A stretch of DNA of 64,000 nucleotides from an uncultured Polaromonas sp. (GTDB lineage: Bacteria > Pseudomonadota > Gammaproteobacteria > Burkholderiales > Burkholderiaceae_C), in NCBI GenBank assembly GCA_964371235.1, contig CAYJMW010000008.1, forward strand, positions 11,055 to 75,054. The letters run 5' to 3'. The translations under genes were made by a program, and so were the position numbers. The notes beneath the pieces were generated by a model, which did no database searches, was not told the DNA's origin, and worked only from the letters and a program-made list of their open reading frames with translations. The stretch's first letter is position 1. The number at the start of each line of letters is the position of its first letter. This document shows positions 49,032 to 59,213 of this stretch, piece after piece.

Positions 49032-51601
49032 CGCGTGCCGTTGACGCCGGGTTGCTGGTTCAGGAGGCCGACCTCGGCGGGCGCATGCCCTCCGGGGCGG
49101 TGCGGCGTCTGCTGTCGTCAACGTGCATCGCCTGGTCAGTGTTGCAGCTCTGGTACGCGTCGCCGCTGCCCTTCATCTTCAACGTCCTGGTGCTCAACAC
49201 CACCGAGATGCGCGCGCTGCATCTTGGTTTTGCGCTTTTTCTTGCATTTCTCGCGTTTCCGTTCGCCATGCGCTCGCCGCGCAATCGCATTCCGGTCCCC
49301 GACTGGGTGTTCGCCCTGGTGGCGGCGTTCTGCGGCGCGTATCTGTTTTTTTTCTACCGGGAAATCTCGACGCGGCCGGGCGAGCCGACGATGTTCGACA
49401 TCGTCACCGCGGTTGTCGGCATGGGTTTGCTGCTGGAAGCCACGCGCAGGGTCGTCGGACCCCCGCTGGCGATCATCTCGATCCTGATGCTTGTTTACGC
49501 GTTTGCGGGGCCGTACATGCCCGACGTGATCGCCCACAAGGGGGTCTCACTGAGCAAGGCGGTGTCGCACTTCTGGCTCACCACCGAAGGTGTGTTCGGC
49601 GTCGCGCTAGGCGTCTCGGCGAGCTATATTTTCCTGTTCGTGCTGTTCGGTTCGCTGCTCGAGAAGGCTGGCGCCGGCAATTACTTTATCAAGCTCGCCT
49701 TCTCGCTGCTCGGGCATATGCGCGGCGGACCGGCCAAGGCGGCCGTGGTCTCGTCGGGATTGATGGGAATGATATCGGGCTCGTCGGTTGCGAATGTTGT
49801 GACCTGCGGCACTTTCACGATCCCGCTGATGAAGCGTGTCGGCTATTCACCCGAGAAAGCCGGCGCGATCGAAGTTGCCGCCGGGGTTGATGGTCAGATC
49901 ATGCCGCCGGTGATGGGCGCGGCGGCCTTCCTGATGGCTGAATACGTTGGTGTTCCGTATGCGGAGATTGTCAAGAACGCATTTTTGCCGGCCATTATTT
50001 CGTACATCGCGCTCTTCTACATCGTGCACCTTGAGGCCTGCAAGGCCGGCATCAAGGGCATCCCGCGCAGCGGCAGCTTTTCGCCAATGCACCGGCTGCT
50101 CGGCATCGTGATGACGCTGGCTGGCGCCGTGGTGCTGGCCAATGTTGTCTATTACGGCATTGGCTGGATCAAGACCTTTGCCGGTGACGGATCGCTCTGG
50201 GTCATCCTGGCGCTGGTCGCGGCGGCCTACCTGCTGATTTTGCGGACGGTCGCGGCCGAGCCCGATCTGACCATCGACGACCCCAATGCGCCGGTGATCG
50301 AACTGCCGCCGCTCAAGGAAACGCTGCTTGCGGGCCTGCACTATCTGCTGCCGGTGGTGCTGCTGATCTGGACGCTGCTGGTCGAAAACCTTTCGCCAGG
50401 GCTCTCGGCGTTTTACGCCAGCCTGCTCCTGATCGCGATTTTGCTGACGCAAAAGCCACTGCTGGCGTGGTTTCGCAACGAACCGCTATCGCTTGCGGTG
50501 TACCGCGCTGGCTGGGACGACTTCATCGACGGCCTTGAGCGAGGCGCGCGCAACATGATCGGCATCGGACTGGCAACCGCGGCGGCCGGCATCGTCGTCG
50601 GCACCGTGTCGCTGACCGGCCTTGGCCTCGTGATGACTGATTTCGTCGAAGTGGTTTCAGCCGGCAACATCATGGGCATGCTGTTCCTGGTCGCGTTCAT
50701 CTGCCTCGTGCTCGGCATGGGCATGCCGACCACCGCGAGCTATATCGTCGTGTCAACCCTGATGGCGCCGGTCGTGGTCGAACTCGGCGCGCAGTCGGGG
50801 CTGGTTGTTCCTTTGGTGGCGGTTCACATGTTTGTGTTCTATTTCGGTCTCATGGCCGATGTAACGCCGCCGGTCGGGCTGGCATCATTTGCCGCCGCGG
50901 CAATCTCGCGCGCCGACCCGATCCGCACCGGCATCACGGCGTTCTGGTACAGCAGCCGCACCCTGATCCTGCCGTTCATGTTCATCTTCAACCCGCAGCT
51001 CCTGATGGTCGGCGTCAATTCAATCCCGCAACTGGTGATGATTGTCGCCGCGGCGATTGTCGCGATGTTGCTGTTCGCTGCCGCAACGCAGGGCTGGTTT
51101 GTCACGCGCAGTCGCTGGTACGAGTCTGTCGTGCTGCTGCTGGTCACCTTCACGTTGCTGCGCCCCGGTTTCTGGGTTGACCTGGCGCTGCAGAAATACG
51201 ACGTGCTCGCGCCTGCGCAGCTGACTGAACTGGCTGCCGCGGCACCGCCGGGCGGCAGCTTGCGGGTACGCATTGAAGGTACGACCGTCGAGGGCAAGGA
51301 TGTCCACAAAACCGTGCTGCTGCCGCTCGCCGATGTTGGCAGCGGCGCGCAGCGCATCGCCAAAGCCGGGATCAGCGTGATGGCGCTGCCGGCCGGACTG
51401 CAGGTCATGTCGGTTTCCCTGAAGAGTCCGGCGCAAAAAGCCGGCTTTGAGCAGGGCTTCGTGGTGACCGGTGTCGAAGTCGAGCGTGTCCGACCGGCCA
51501 AGGAGTGGCTGTACCCGCCTGCCTTGCTGCTGGCCGCGATCATCTTCGGCCTGCAGCGCATCAGGGTGCGGCGCGCGGCAACTGCCCCGGCAGCAGCCTG
51601 A
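49028..51601 (+). CDS. TAXI-TRAP fused permease with C-terminal extension
   Basis: [29 protein letters not shown] and [10 protein letters not shown]. Confidence 0.92.
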   Translation: MTRAVDAGLLVQEADLGGRMPSGAVRRLLSSTCIAWSVLQLWYASPLPFIFNVLVLNTTEMRALHLGFALFLAFLAFPFAMRSPRNRIPVPDWVFALVAAFCGAYLFFFYREISTRPGEPTMFDIVTAVVGMGLLLEATRRVVGPPLAIISILMLVYAFAGPYMPDVIAHKGVSLSKAVSHFWLTTEGVFGVALGVSASYIFLFVLFGSLLEKAGAGNYFIKLAFSLLGHMRGGPAKAAVVSSGLMGMISGSSVANVVTCGTFTIPLMKRVGYSPEKAGAIEVAAGVDGQIMPPVMGAAAFLMAEYVGVPYAEIVKNAFLPAIISYIALFYIVHLEACKAGIKGIPRSGSFSPMHRLLGIVMTLAGAVVLANVVYYGIGWIKTFAGDGSLWVILALVAAAYLLILRTVAAEPDLTIDDPNAPVIELPPLKETLLAGLHYLLPVVLLIWTLLVENLSPGLSAFYASLLLIAILLTQKPLLAWFRNEPLSLAVYRAGWDDFIDGLERGARNMIGIGLATAAAGIVVGTVSLTGLGLVMTDFVEVVSAGNIMGMLFLVAFICLVLGMGMPTTASYIVVSTLMAPVVVELGAQSGLVVPLVAVHMFVFYFGLMADVTPPVGLASFAAAAISRADPIRTGITAFWYSSRTLILPFMFIFNPQLLMVGVNSIPQLVMIVAAAIVAMLLFAAATQGWFVTRSRWYESVVLLLVTFTLLRPGFWVDLALQKYDVLAPAQLTELAAAAPPGGSLRVRIEGTTVEGKDVHKTVLLPLADVGSGAQRIAKAGISVMALPAGLQVMSVSLKSPAQKAGFEQGFVVTGVEVERVRPAKEWLYPPALLLAAIIFGLQRIRVRRAATAPAAA

Positions 51602-51617
51602 AAGCGCGCCCGCGGCC

Positions 51618-52262
51618 ATGCCCAGGATTGCCCTGATTCACGCACTGAGTCATTCGGTGGCACCCATCAACCAGGCCTTTGCGCGCGACTGGCCCGAGGC
51701 CACGCGCATGAACCTGCTCGACGACAGTCTGTCGGCTGACCTGGCTGCCAGCGGGCGCGGGCTGGACGCCGCCGTGCACGAACGCTTTGCGCGCCTGGCG
51801 CAATATGCCGTGGACTGCGGCAGTGACGCAATTTTGTTCACCTGCTCGGCTTTTGGCCCCTGCATCGAGGCCGTCGCGCGGCAGCACGCGAGCCTGCCTG
51901 TGCTCAAGCCCAACGAGGCCATGATTTCCGACGCGGTGGCCAGCGGTCAACGCATCGGTCTGGTCGCTACTTTCGGGCCGACGCTGGAGGCTATGCCGCG
52001 CGAGTTCCCGGTCGGCGTCATGCCCGATTGCGCACTAGCCACGGGCGCGCTGCAAGCGCTCAATGCAGGTCAGCTGGAAACCCACGATGCGCTGATTGCC
52101 GCGGCCGCCACGCAACTGGCGCGGCGCGGCGCGGGCGTGATTGCGCTGGCGCAGTTCAGCATGGCGCGCGCGCAAGCGCTGGTGGCGCAACGCACCGGTC
52201 TGCCGGTGCTGACCACGGTGGACAGCGCGCTGCGCGAGCTGCGCCGCCGCCTCGGTGGGTAA
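51618..52262 (+). CDS. Asp/Glu/hydantoin racemase-superfamily protein
   Basis: FTCSAFG, PVLKPNEAM, RIGLVATF and IALAQFSM. Confidence 0.8.
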   Translation: MPRIALIHALSHSVAPINQAFARDWPEATRMNLLDDSLSADLAASGRGLDAAVHERFARLAQYAVDCGSDAILFTCSAFGPCIEAVARQHASLPVLKPNEAMISDAVASGQRIGLVATFGPTLEAMPREFPVGVMPDCALATGALQALNAGQLETHDALIAAAATQLARRGAGVIALAQFSMARAQALVAQRTGLPVLTTVDSALRELRRRLGG

Positions 52263-52289
52263 CGCGCAATGTTTTCTGAACCTGCAAGA

Positions 52290-52344
52290 AAAAACAGCCT
52301 GTAGCCCTCATGGAACGTACGCAGTATGCTATAAAAAAAGTAGC
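52290..52344 (-). repeat. 55-bp dispersed element, copy F (intergenic)
   Basis: Minus strand: GCTAC-TTTTTTT-ATAGC ATACTGCGT ACGTTCCAT GAGGGCTAC AGGCTGTTTTT. Confidence 0.85.
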
Positions 52345-52347
52345 AAA

Positions 52348-52773
52348 TCAGCGGCTTTTACCAGGCGTGACTGATGCGCTCCAGCGCTTGTCCCAGCCCT
52401 GCGTGATGTCATCGAGCTCGCGTCGCTCGCGTTTGGTTGGGCGGCCCTGACCCATGCTCAGCGCCGGCTCAGGCGTTAAACGGCGCTGCTCGGCGGCCTG
52501 TTGACGCGCCTGCAGGCTGTCGGCGGTTTCCTCGTAGAGCTGCTGCGCCACCGGCGCCGCCCCGCGCTGGCTGCTGATGCCGCGCACCACCACCATGCGC
52601 GTCACCGGGCCTTGCCGCAGGGCCACGCTGTCACCTGGCTTGACCTCGCGCGCGGGCTTTGCTTCCTGCCCGTTGATGTGAATGCGGCCTTTGTCAACTT
52701 CCAGGGCCGCGAGTGAACGGGTTTTGTAAAAGCGGGCGGCCCACAACCATTTGTCGATGCGTAATTTATCCAT
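52348..52773 (-). CDS. hslR: S4-domain ribosome-associated heat shock protein Hsp15
   Basis: RIDKWLWAARFYKTRSLA and GRPTKRERR. Confidence 0.93.
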   Translation of the reverse strand: MDKLRIDKWLWAARFYKTRSLAALEVDKGRIHINGQEAKPAREVKPGDSVALRQGPVTRMVVVRGISSQRGAAPVAQQLYEETADSLQARQQAAEQRRLTPEPALSMGQGRPTKRERRELDDITQGWDKRWSASVTPGKSR

Positions 52774-54220
52774 CAGGCGCCATTTTGAACCCGCCTGGCC
52801 AGGGGCAGGCGGACCGTGGCGTCCAGGCCCGTGACGTGACCATGCAGCAGTCGGTTTTCCAGCGCGATGCTGCCGCCCAGCGCCTGGGTGATTTCCCGGC
52901 AGATGGCCAGGCCCAAGCCGGAGCCGTGGCGCAGATCACCTGCCGAAAAAGGCTGAAACAGATGCGCCGACAGCTCAGGCGACAGGCCCGGGCCGCTGTC
53001 GCCGATGCTCAGGGCCGCGCAGCCGGAGTCGCGCACGATGCGGATCGTCAATGCGCCGCCGTTGGGTGTGTGCTTGATGGCGTTGTGCAACAGGTTGCAC
53101 GCCAGTTCGCCCAGCATCCATTCGTGCGACTCAATGGCGGCGGGTACGGTTTCAATTTCGAAGTCGATGTCTTTTTCGGCAATCAGCGGCGACAGGTCCA
53201 GCGCAACCTGGCGGACCACCTGCGCCAGGTCGATGGTTTGCCGGCCAGCCTGCTGGCGCAACTGCTCCACCTTGGCCAGCGCCAGCATCTGGTTGGCCAG
53301 CAGCGTGGCGCGGTCCACCGTCTGGTTGATCTCCGCGAGGGCCTCTCGCGCGTCGATGTCGCCGCGCAGTGCCGACTGCACCTGCACCTTCAGCACGGCC
53401 AGCGGTGTGCGCAACTGGTGCGCGGCGTCGCGCACAAAGCGTTTCTGGTTGTCCAGCAGGTGTTGCAGGCGAGCCATCACCGCGTTGGTGGCGTCAACCA
53501 GCGGCAGCAGTTCGCGCGGCGCATCGGCTGCGGCGATGGTGGTCAGGTCGCCTTCGGGGCGCGCCTGCAGCTCGGCGCTGAGACGGCGCACGGGCCGGGG
53601 GCGCGCTGCACCACGATCACGGCCACCAATGCAATCACCGCCAGCAACAGCGCCTGGCGCCACAGGGTGTCGAGCAGGATCTTGCGGGCCAGCGCTGTGC
53701 GCAGCTCCAGGGTCTCGGCGACCTGGATGACGGCCATGCCGCGGCCCTGCGGGCTGGTCACCGGCTGCAGCAACACGGCCACGCGCACAGCGTCGCCGCG
53801 AAAGGTGTCGTCATAAAAATCAACCAGCGCGGCATAGGGCGGCTTGGCCGGGATGCGGCCGCGCCAGAAAGGCAGTTGCGCAAAGCCTGAAACCATCTCG
53901 CCCTTGAGGCTGGACACCCGGTAAAACAGGCGGCTCTGGTTGTCGGCCTCGAACGCTTCCAGCGCGGCATAGGGAACGGTCACGCGCAACTCGGCCTCCC
54001 CGTCGTAGCCGGTCACGTCCAGTTCCTCGCCTATCGATTTGGCAGAGGCCAGCAAGGTGCGGTCGTAGGCCGTGTTCACGGCGCTGAGCGCCTGGCTGTA
54101 AAGGCTCGCAGTATTGAGAATGACCAGCAGGCCGACGGGCAGCAGAATGCCCAGCAGTAACTGGCGCCTAAGCGAGATGGCTCTCCCCGATACTTTGGGC
54201 GATTCTCCATTCAAGCGCAT
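52773..54220 (-). pseudogene. tctE: TctE-like sensor histidine kinase, split by a 1-nt frameshift near 53600
   Basis: N-terminal ORF (2 TM helices and periplasmic domain) and C-terminal ORF (AAHQLRTPL, LLHNAIKH, DSGPG) are in different frames and join at the C5 run (G5 at 53597-53601 on +). Confidence 0.85.
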
Positions 54221-54921
54221 GCGTCCACTTTCAGCAAATAGCCCAGGCCGCGTAGTGTGACCAGCGTGACGCCGGTGTGAACGAGTTTCTTGCGCAGCCG
54301 GTAAACCACCACTTCCACGGCTTCGTAGGGCACGTCGGCTTCACCGGGAAACACCATTTCAAACAGCTTCTCTTTCGACACCGCATGGCCGGGCTTGACG
54401 ATGAGGGCCCGCAGAAGCGCCAGCTCGCGCGGTGCAAGTTCCAGCACCAGGCCCTGATGGTAAATTGCGCCGCTCTCTTTTTCATAGCGAAGGCTGCCCG
54501 CCAAATAAACACTGGCGCCCGCTTCGGTGCTGGATGAGGAACTTGATGCAGCGCGTCGGCGGCTCAGCGCGCGCAGCCGCGCTTCCAGCTCATCCAGATC
54601 AAACGGTTTGGGCAGATAGTCATCAGCCCCCAGGTTCAGGCCCATGATGCGGTCGCCCACGGTGCCGCGGGCCGTCAGGATCAGCACCGGCGCGGTGAGC
54701 CCCTGGCGCCGCGCCTGCTCCAGCACCTGCAGGCCATCGAGCCCTGGCAGGCTGAGGTCAAGCACCACCACATCGGGCCGCGCAGTGGTCCATTGGTCCA
54801 GCGCCTTGCGGCCATCGGCGCAGCCTGAAACCTCCATGCCGCGCCGGCTCAGCGCGCGTTGCAGGGCGGTCTGCATGGAAGCATCGTCCTCGATCAGCAG
54901 TAATTTCAGGGTGGGTGGCAT
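54211..54921 (-). CDS. tctD: TctD-like OmpR-family response regulator
   Basis: LLIEDD, LDLSLPG, GADDYLPKPF, VYRLRKKL and RGLGY. Confidence 0.9.
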   Translation of the reverse strand: MPPTLKLLLIEDDASMQTALQRALSRRGMEVSGCADGRKALDQWTTARPDVVVLDLSLPGLDGLQVLEQARRQGLTAPVLILTARGTVGDRIMGLNLGADDYLPKPFDLDELEARLRALSRRRAASSSSSSTEAGASVYLAGSLRYEKESGAIYHQGLVLELAPRELALLRALIVKPGHAVSKEKLFEMVFPGEADVPYEAVEVVVYRLRKKLVHTGVTLVTLRGLGYLLKVDACA

Positions 54922-55019
54922 GGTCAGGACATTAGCACTTTCCCCAATGCTTTTGGACAGCCGTTTGACAGAAAGAAGGCGCATGATCAATCCGCTACCA
55001 CCACTACAAGGAGACACTC

Positions 55020-55979
55020 ATGCGTCGCGATACCTTTTTGAAATCCATGGCGGCTCTGGCCGCTGCGGGTGCGTTGCCGCTATCGGCTTTTGCCGCAGCC
55101 AACGTCAAGATGATGATTCCAGCCAATCCCGGCGGCGGCTGGGACACCACCGGCCGTGCGCTGGGCAAGGCGCTGCAGGACTCCGGTGCAGCGTCCACCG
55201 TAACATACGACAACAAGGGCGGCGCCGCCGGTGCCCTGGGTCTGGCCCAGTTTGTCAACAGCAGCAAGGGCGACGCCAATGCCCTGATGGTGATGGGCGC
55301 CGTGATGCTGGGCGGCCAGATCACCGGCAAGCCGCCGGTCAGCCTGTCGCAGGCCACGCCGATTGCGCGCCTGACCAGCGAATACAACGTGTTTGTACTG
55401 CCCGCCGGCTCGCCTTTCAAAACCATGAAAGACGTGATTGACCAGCTCAAGAAAGACCCCGGCAGCGTGAAATGGGGCGGCGGTTCGCGCGGCTCCACCG
55501 AGCACATCGCGGCGGCCATGATCGCGCGTGAAGTCGGCGTGGACCCCGCCAAAATCAACTACGTGGCCTTCCGCGGGGGCGGAGAAGCCACTGCTGCCAT
55601 TCTGGGCGGCAATGTCACGATCGGCGGCAGCGGTTACAGCGAGTTTTCGGAATACATCAAAGTGGGCAAGATGAAAGCGCTGGCCGTGACTTCCGAGACA
55701 CGGTTGAAGGGCGTGAACGTTCCCACGCTCAAGGAGCAGGGCATCAATGTCGTGATTGGCAATTGGCGCGGTGTTTACGGCGCCCCCGGCATTACGGCCG
55801 AGCAGCGCAAAACGCTGACCGAGATGATTCTCAAGGCCGTCAAGTCCAAGAGCTGGCTTGAAGCTTTGGAGAAGAACAACTGGACGCCCGCTGTGCTGAC
55901 GGGTCCGGCCTTCGACAAGTTTGTCGATGACGACTTTGCCAGCTTGCGTGCCACCATGGTCAAGTCCGGCATGATCTGA
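55020..55979 (+). CDS. tctC: tripartite tricarboxylate transporter substrate-binding protein
   Basis: IPANPGGGWDTTGR, DNKGGAAG and GNWRGVYG; RBS AGGAG. Confidence 0.92.
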   Translation: MRRDTFLKSMAALAAAGALPLSAFAAANVKMMIPANPGGGWDTTGRALGKALQDSGAASTVTYDNKGGAAGALGLAQFVNSSKGDANALMVMGAVMLGGQITGKPPVSLSQATPIARLTSEYNVFVLPAGSPFKTMKDVIDQLKKDPGSVKWGGGSRGSTEHIAAAMIAREVGVDPAKINYVAFRGGGEATAAILGGNVTIGGSGYSEFSEYIKVGKMKALAVTSETRLKGVNVPTLKEQGINVVIGNWRGVYGAPGITAEQRKTLTEMILKAVKSKSWLEALEKNNWTPAVLTGPAFDKFVDDDFASLRATMVKSGMI

Positions 55980-56123
55980 ATAGACCGGCAGGGTCTGTCC
56001 GGTGTCGGCGCTTACCGCGTCCCCGGCACACCGGGTGACGCCCTCTTGGGCTAACCCGGCCTGTGCGCGCGGGCGGCGCGCGTCGTCACCGTGCATCATC
56101 AATTCAAACTGGCGTTACCACGC

Positions 56124-56633
56124 ATGACAAAACAGCCTCCCTTCCTGTTCCAGACACTGATTGGCGTCGGCGTGGCGCTGGTTGGCCTGGGGCTGGCGCT
56201 CGGCGCCATCAGTATTTCGTCCACCGCCGGCTATGGCGGGATTGGCCCGAACTTCTTGCCCTGGCTGATTGCCGCGTCGCTGCTGCTGTGCGGTGGTTTT
56301 ATCGTGTGGGAATCGCGTAGCGGCGGCTTTCGCTCCATGGACGTGCCCACCGGAGCGGCCCGGGCTTACTGGCCCGGCTTTGTCTGGGTTTCGGCCGGCT
56401 TGCTGGCCAATGCCGCCCTGATCACTTCCATCGGTTTCATCTTCAGTTGCACCTTGTGCTTTGTGCTGGCGGTGCAGGGCTTGCGCGGCGCCGAAGGCAA
56501 GGCCGGCCGGCGTCCGGTAGCCTGGCTGAAGGATGTGCTGATCGGCATGGCGATTGCAGCGCCGGTGTATTGGACCTTCACCCAGTTTTTAGCCATCAAT
56601 CTGCCTGGCATTACTTCAACCGGGTGGCTCTAA
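56124..56633 (+). CDS. tctB: TTT small membrane subunit
   Basis: 4 TM helices, GPNFLP and INLP. Confidence 0.88.
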   Translation: MTKQPPFLFQTLIGVGVALVGLGLALGAISISSTAGYGGIGPNFLPWLIAASLLLCGGFIVWESRSGGFRSMDVPTGAARAYWPGFVWVSAGLLANAALITSIGFIFSCTLCFVLAVQGLRGAEGKAGRRPVAWLKDVLIGMAIAAPVYWTFTQFLAINLPGITSTGWL

Positions 56634-56645
56634 GCCGGCAAATTC

Positions 56646-58136
56646 ATGGACATCTTCAACCAGCTGCTGCAGGGCTTTGCCACTGCGGCGACACCGGTCA
56701 ATCTGCTGTGGTGCCTGGTCGGCTGCGCGCTGGGAACGGCCATTGGCGTGCTGCCGGGCATCGGCCCCGCAGTGGCGGTGGCCATGCTGCTGCCGATCAC
56801 CGCCAAGGTCGAAGCCACCGCTTCCATGATCTTTTTTGCCGGCATTTACTACGGCGCCATGTATGGCGGTTCCACCACCTCGATTCTGCTTAATACGCCC
56901 GGGGAGACGGCGAGCATGGTGACGGCGATGGAGGGTAACCGCATGGCCAAGAGCGGGCGCGCGGGCGCGGCGCTGGCGACGTCTGCCGTGGGCTCGTTTG
57001 TGGCCGGCACGATTGCCACGGTGCTGGTTACGCTGTTTGCGCCCATTGTGGCGGAACTGGCCGTCAAGCTGGGGCCGCCCGAATACTTCATGCTGATGTT
57101 GCTGGCCTTCACCACCGTGAGCGCGGTGCTGGGCAAGAGCACTGTGCGAGGCATGACCGCGCTATTTGTCGGACTGGCGGCGGGACTGGTCGGAATGGAT
57201 CAAATCTCGGGTCAGGCGCGTTACACCGGCGGTGTGCCAGAACTGCTTGACGGCATCGAGATCGTGCTGGTGGCCGTGGGCCTGTTTGCCGTGGCTGAAG
57301 CAATGTATGCGGTGCTCTACGAAGGCCGGGTGGTCGAATTGCAGAACAAGATGAGCAAGGTCCACATGACCAAGAAGGACTGGCGCCGCTCGTGGCCAGC
57401 CTGGCTGCGCGGCACGGCCATCGGCGTTCCTTTTGGCTGCATTCCGGCTGGCGGCACCGAGATTCCGACTTTCCTGAGCTATGCCACCGAGAAGAAACTG
57501 GCCAAGGGCGACAACCAGGCTGAGTTTGGTGCGGCCGGGGCCATTGAAGGCGTGGCCGGCCCGGAGGCATCCAACAACGCCACGGTCACGGCCGCGCTGA
57601 TTCCGCTGTTGACGCTGGGTATTCCCACCTCGAATACAACGGCCATTTTGCTGGGCGCTTTTCAGAACTACGGCATCCAGCCCGGGCCGCAACTATTCAG
57701 CACCTCGTCGTCTCTGGTCTGGGCCCTGATTGCCTCGCTGTACATCGGCAATGTGATGCTGCTCATACTCAACCTGCCGATGGTGGGTTTGTGGGTCAAG
57801 CTGCTGAAGATTCCCAAGCCTTACCTGTATGCCGGCATCCTGATTTTCGCCACGGTCGGCGTCTATGGCATGCGGCAAAGCGCGTTTGATTTGTTCCTGC
57901 TGTATGGCATTGGCGTGCTCGGGGTGGTGATGCGCCGGTTTGATTTTCCGACTGCGCCGGTTGTCGTCGGCATGATATTGGGCCCGCTGGCCGAAGCGCA
58001 GCTGCGCAACGCGATGTCGATCGGGGAAGGCAGTGCGATGATTTTTTTGCAGCGTCCGATGTCACTGATCCTGATCATTGTGGTGCTCACGGTGCTGATA
58101 TTGCCGCGCTTGGCCAAACGTTGGATCGGACGGTAG
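56646..58136 (+). CDS. tctA: TTT large membrane subunit
   Basis: [30 protein letters not shown] and GIQPGP. Confidence 0.94.
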   Translation: MDIFNQLLQGFATAATPVNLLWCLVGCALGTAIGVLPGIGPAVAVAMLLPITAKVEATASMIFFAGIYYGAMYGGSTTSILLNTPGETASMVTAMEGNRMAKSGRAGAALATSAVGSFVAGTIATVLVTLFAPIVAELAVKLGPPEYFMLMLLAFTTVSAVLGKSTVRGMTALFVGLAAGLVGMDQISGQARYTGGVPELLDGIEIVLVAVGLFAVAEAMYAVLYEGRVVELQNKMSKVHMTKKDWRRSWPAWLRGTAIGVPFGCIPAGGTEIPTFLSYATEKKLAKGDNQAEFGAAGAIEGVAGPEASNNATVTAALIPLLTLGIPTSNTTAILLGAFQNYGIQPGPQLFSTSSSLVWALIASLYIGNVMLLILNLPMVGLWVKLLKIPKPYLYAGILIFATVGVYGMRQSAFDLFLLYGIGVLGVVMRRFDFPTAPVVVGMILGPLAEAQLRNAMSIGEGSAMIFLQRPMSLILIIVVLTVLILPRLAKRWIGR

Positions 58137-58174
58137 CGCGTCTCTTGAGTTTTTCAACCAGTGAGGAGATCAAC

Positions 58175-59188
58175 ATGCGGAATATCAAACGGCGCACCAT
58201 TCTTGGCGGGCTCGGAATGGCCACCCTGGGGGGCATCAACGCCGCTGTATGGGCGCAAACGGGAAAACCCGCTGGAGCGGTAAAAAACAAGGTAACCGTC
58301 AAGCTGGCCTCCAAGCTGCGAGTCGTGATCCCCGCCAATGCGGGCGGTGGCTGGGACCAAACTGGCCGCGCCCTGGGCGCTGCGCTTGTAAGCGCTGGCG
58401 TGACCGATGAGATTGAATACGAAAACAAGGGCGGCAAGGGCGGCACCGTCGGGCTGGCTTACTACGCCGAAAAATACGGCAGCGACGCCAACACCCTGTT
58501 GATCGGTGGCATGGTGATGGTGGGTGCGGTGGCGCTGCAAAAGCCTGCGGTTGACATGAGCCGCATTCACCCCCTTGCCCGCCTGACCAGTGACTACCTG
58601 GTGGTGGTCGTCGCCGCCAATTCCCCTATCCGCAATGTCACTGATTTTGCGGAGCGCATGCGCGTCAATCCCAAAGGCGTGCCCATCGCAGGGGGGTCGG
58701 CCGGTGGCGTGGATCATGTGTTTGCCGGTGTGTTCACACGGGGTTCCCGCAGCAAACCGGAGGAACTGGTTTACATGCCTTTCGCCGGTGGCGCCGAGGT
58801 GGTGCAGGCCGTGCTGTCAGGCAAAGCCGCCGTGGGTATTTCAGGTTACAGCGAGTTCAGTGAACAACTGGCCAGTGGCAAGTTGCGCGCCATCGGCGTA
58901 TCGTCCAAGCGTTCGGTGTTCGGCATTCCGGCCATTCGCGAGCAAGGCGTGGATGTGGACATGTCGAACTGGCGCGGCGTGTTCACCGGCCAGGACGTGT
59001 CGATAGCCCGGCGGGCTGAAATGGTCGAAGCGGTCAAACTGGCGACCAGCCACGAGTCGTGGCAGAAAGTCCTGAAACAGAACCATTGGGAGTCTTCATG
59101 GCTCTCGGGTCCGAGCTTGGACAGTTTCATCGACCTGGACCTGACAACTTCCCGCGTGATGGTGCACCTGCTCAAGCTCAAGACCTGA
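58175..59188 (+). CDS. second TctC/Bug-type binding protein (Tat-like signal)
   Basis: KRRTIL signal, IPANAGGGWDQTGR and SNWRGVF. Confidence 0.9.
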   Translation: MRNIKRRTILGGLGMATLGGINAAVWAQTGKPAGAVKNKVTVKLASKLRVVIPANAGGGWDQTGRALGAALVSAGVTDEIEYENKGGKGGTVGLAYYAEKYGSDANTLLIGGMVMVGAVALQKPAVDMSRIHPLARLTSDYLVVVVAANSPIRNVTDFAERMRVNPKGVPIAGGSAGGVDHVFAGVFTRGSRSKPEELVYMPFAGGAEVVQAVLSGKAAVGISGYSEFSEQLASGKLRAIGVSSKRSVFGIPAIREQGVDVDMSNWRGVFTGQDVSIARRAEMVEAVKLATSHESWQKVLKQNHWESSWLSGPSLDSFIDLDLTTSRVMVHLLKLKT

Positions 59189-59213
59189 GTTGCCCGCGCG
59201 GTACCATAGCCGC

